Shown: positions 62,604 through 64,000 of the stretch, in pieces
Numbering within the stretch: position 1 is the stretch's first letter
Layout: every line of letters starts with the position of its first letter
Assembly (NCBI RefSeq): GCF_009914755.1
Contig: NC_060939.1
DNA: 64,000 nucleotides
Strand: one strand, 5' to 3'
Source: the human T2T-CHM13v2.0 reference genome, Homo sapiens
The notes under the pieces: generated by a model
The model's database searches: none
Told to the model about the DNA's origin: nothing
The model's input: the letters and a program-made list of their open reading frames with translations, nothing else
Made by a program: the position numbers and the translations under genes

Positions 62604-64000
62604 TAAGTTTAAAATAATGATGGTACTGAGCCCCTTTGGTGGAATAAGTACCAATAAGTACCATCATCTCTGACTGAGATGATGGTTATGAATACCTCCC
62701 TGAAAAAAACACTCTGCCTTAGAAAGACAAAGAGACCCAAATCTCTGCTATGCACTGCACTTGCCACAGACTGCCAGGGGTGGCTCTTCAGAACTTTCTT
62801 CCTCCTTAGTTTTAGTGAAGAGTAAGAAATGGCAGGGTGAATTCTCAGGTCAAATGCAGGGAAAAGTCATTTGAGTTAGGAAAATCATCTCAGAATTTCG
62901 TCTCTTGAAGTAGCAATTGGTAGTGAGAGATTAGATTTGACTTGCTAGAACACTCGCTGAAATGCACTCTTTTCGCTTCCAATGCAAGTGTAGCAAGAGA
63001 CGAGAGTGCAAGCAGAATGCTGCTTCAGGGAGAAAAGCTGTACCAGGAGCCAAGCTTGTACTCTGGGTCCAAGACAGCCCTCATTTGGCCACTTATGGAA
63101 TCAACAGTCAACTTTTCAGGACACAGTGAGGTAACTCTTTCACTTCTCTGAACATGGTATCTTGGTGAAAATCCTTGAACCCTAGCTATACAATACTTAC
63201 TCAGCACCCACAGAATGGTTATATTCTATCTAGTCTGTATTCTTACCACTTACAAGTCGATAACACAACTGACCTTTCAGTAGCAAAGCTGTGGATCTAC
63301 CAGGAAAGCTGCCTTTGATCTGATGTTCACCCAGAAGCTGCGGTTCTGGTGTGAGGTAGGACAAAGTGGGAAAGGACACCCCCAACTCCTCAAGGGCAGA
63401 AAGGGGACCTGACTGTCTAGGTGTGAGAGGGGGAGGGTGAGTATCTACAGACACTCTGACCATTGCCCCCAGCCTCACTTCAGGGTCCTGCACGATTATG
63501 ACAAAGTGGAATTCCAGGGATGGGAGGGATTAGAAAGCTGTCAGCAGGGATCTGCCCGAGCCAACAGACAAAAAGAGATGGAAATGTTCACAGCACCTGC
63601 CATGTGCAGACGGTGGGCTGGACTTTATCCTCACCATAGCACTCAGTTTGTACATGAGAAACCCAAAGCTGGGAAGTTGCAGATGCCACCTTGGGCGTCA
63701 GCATGTCAGCTAAGCCCCACAGGCTTAGCAAGTGAGAGACGTGGAAGGAGTGGAGTAAAGGTGTTGGAAACCCTGCCCCAGTGTGCTCACTCACTTTCTG
63801 TGCTTGGTTGATTAGGGCAGGGGACAGGGCCTCATGCAGCACCTCCCACCCCCACTGGACAGTAGGTCCTGGGCTGCCCCACACTTCGGTGACTGGCCTT
63901 CCTGGGGAGTGGGGAAACTGGCATGATGCTCCCTTTGCTAAAGATTAAGTTCTGTAGACTCACTCCTTTTCAAAGTTTGCGTTAGGGTTAGGACACTTGG

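Overview
Human (or great-ape) genomic DNA with no intact protein-coding gene. The right part (about 39.8 kb to the window end, minus strand) holds exons 3-9 of a duplicated, intron-containing sorbitol dehydrogenase copy. All splice sites are canonical GT/AG. Exon lengths are 165, 160, 119, 66, 175, 122 and 166 nt (the last to the stop). Exon 7 is 1 nt short (GGGG instead of GGGGG, equivalent to c.757delG), giving Ala253GlnfsTer27, and several missense differences from SORD occur in exons 4-8. This identifies it as the SORD2P pseudogene (15q21.1); exons 1-2 lie beyond the right edge. The left ~31 kb is AT-rich intergenic DNA filled with Alu, L1, L2, MIR, LTR and DNA-transposon relics. Almost all ORFs in the supplied track are spurious. 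The most notable non-obvious elements are: a dense CArG/CCAAT/GC-box/PAX/CRE motif cluster in intron 7; a ~0.9 kb TSD-flanked retroposed 3'UTR-like insert sharing its target site with an Alu; two TSD-less or chimeric Alus marking probable recombination junctions near a likely segmental-duplication edge; a recent 139/140-bp duplication creating a trimeric Alu; a 46-bp templated copy of LTR sequence; and a Y1 RNA pseudogene. I found no evidence for a wholly new biological system. SORD comparisons and repeat subfamily names come from memory of consensus sequences and need confirmation by alignment and RepeatMasker.
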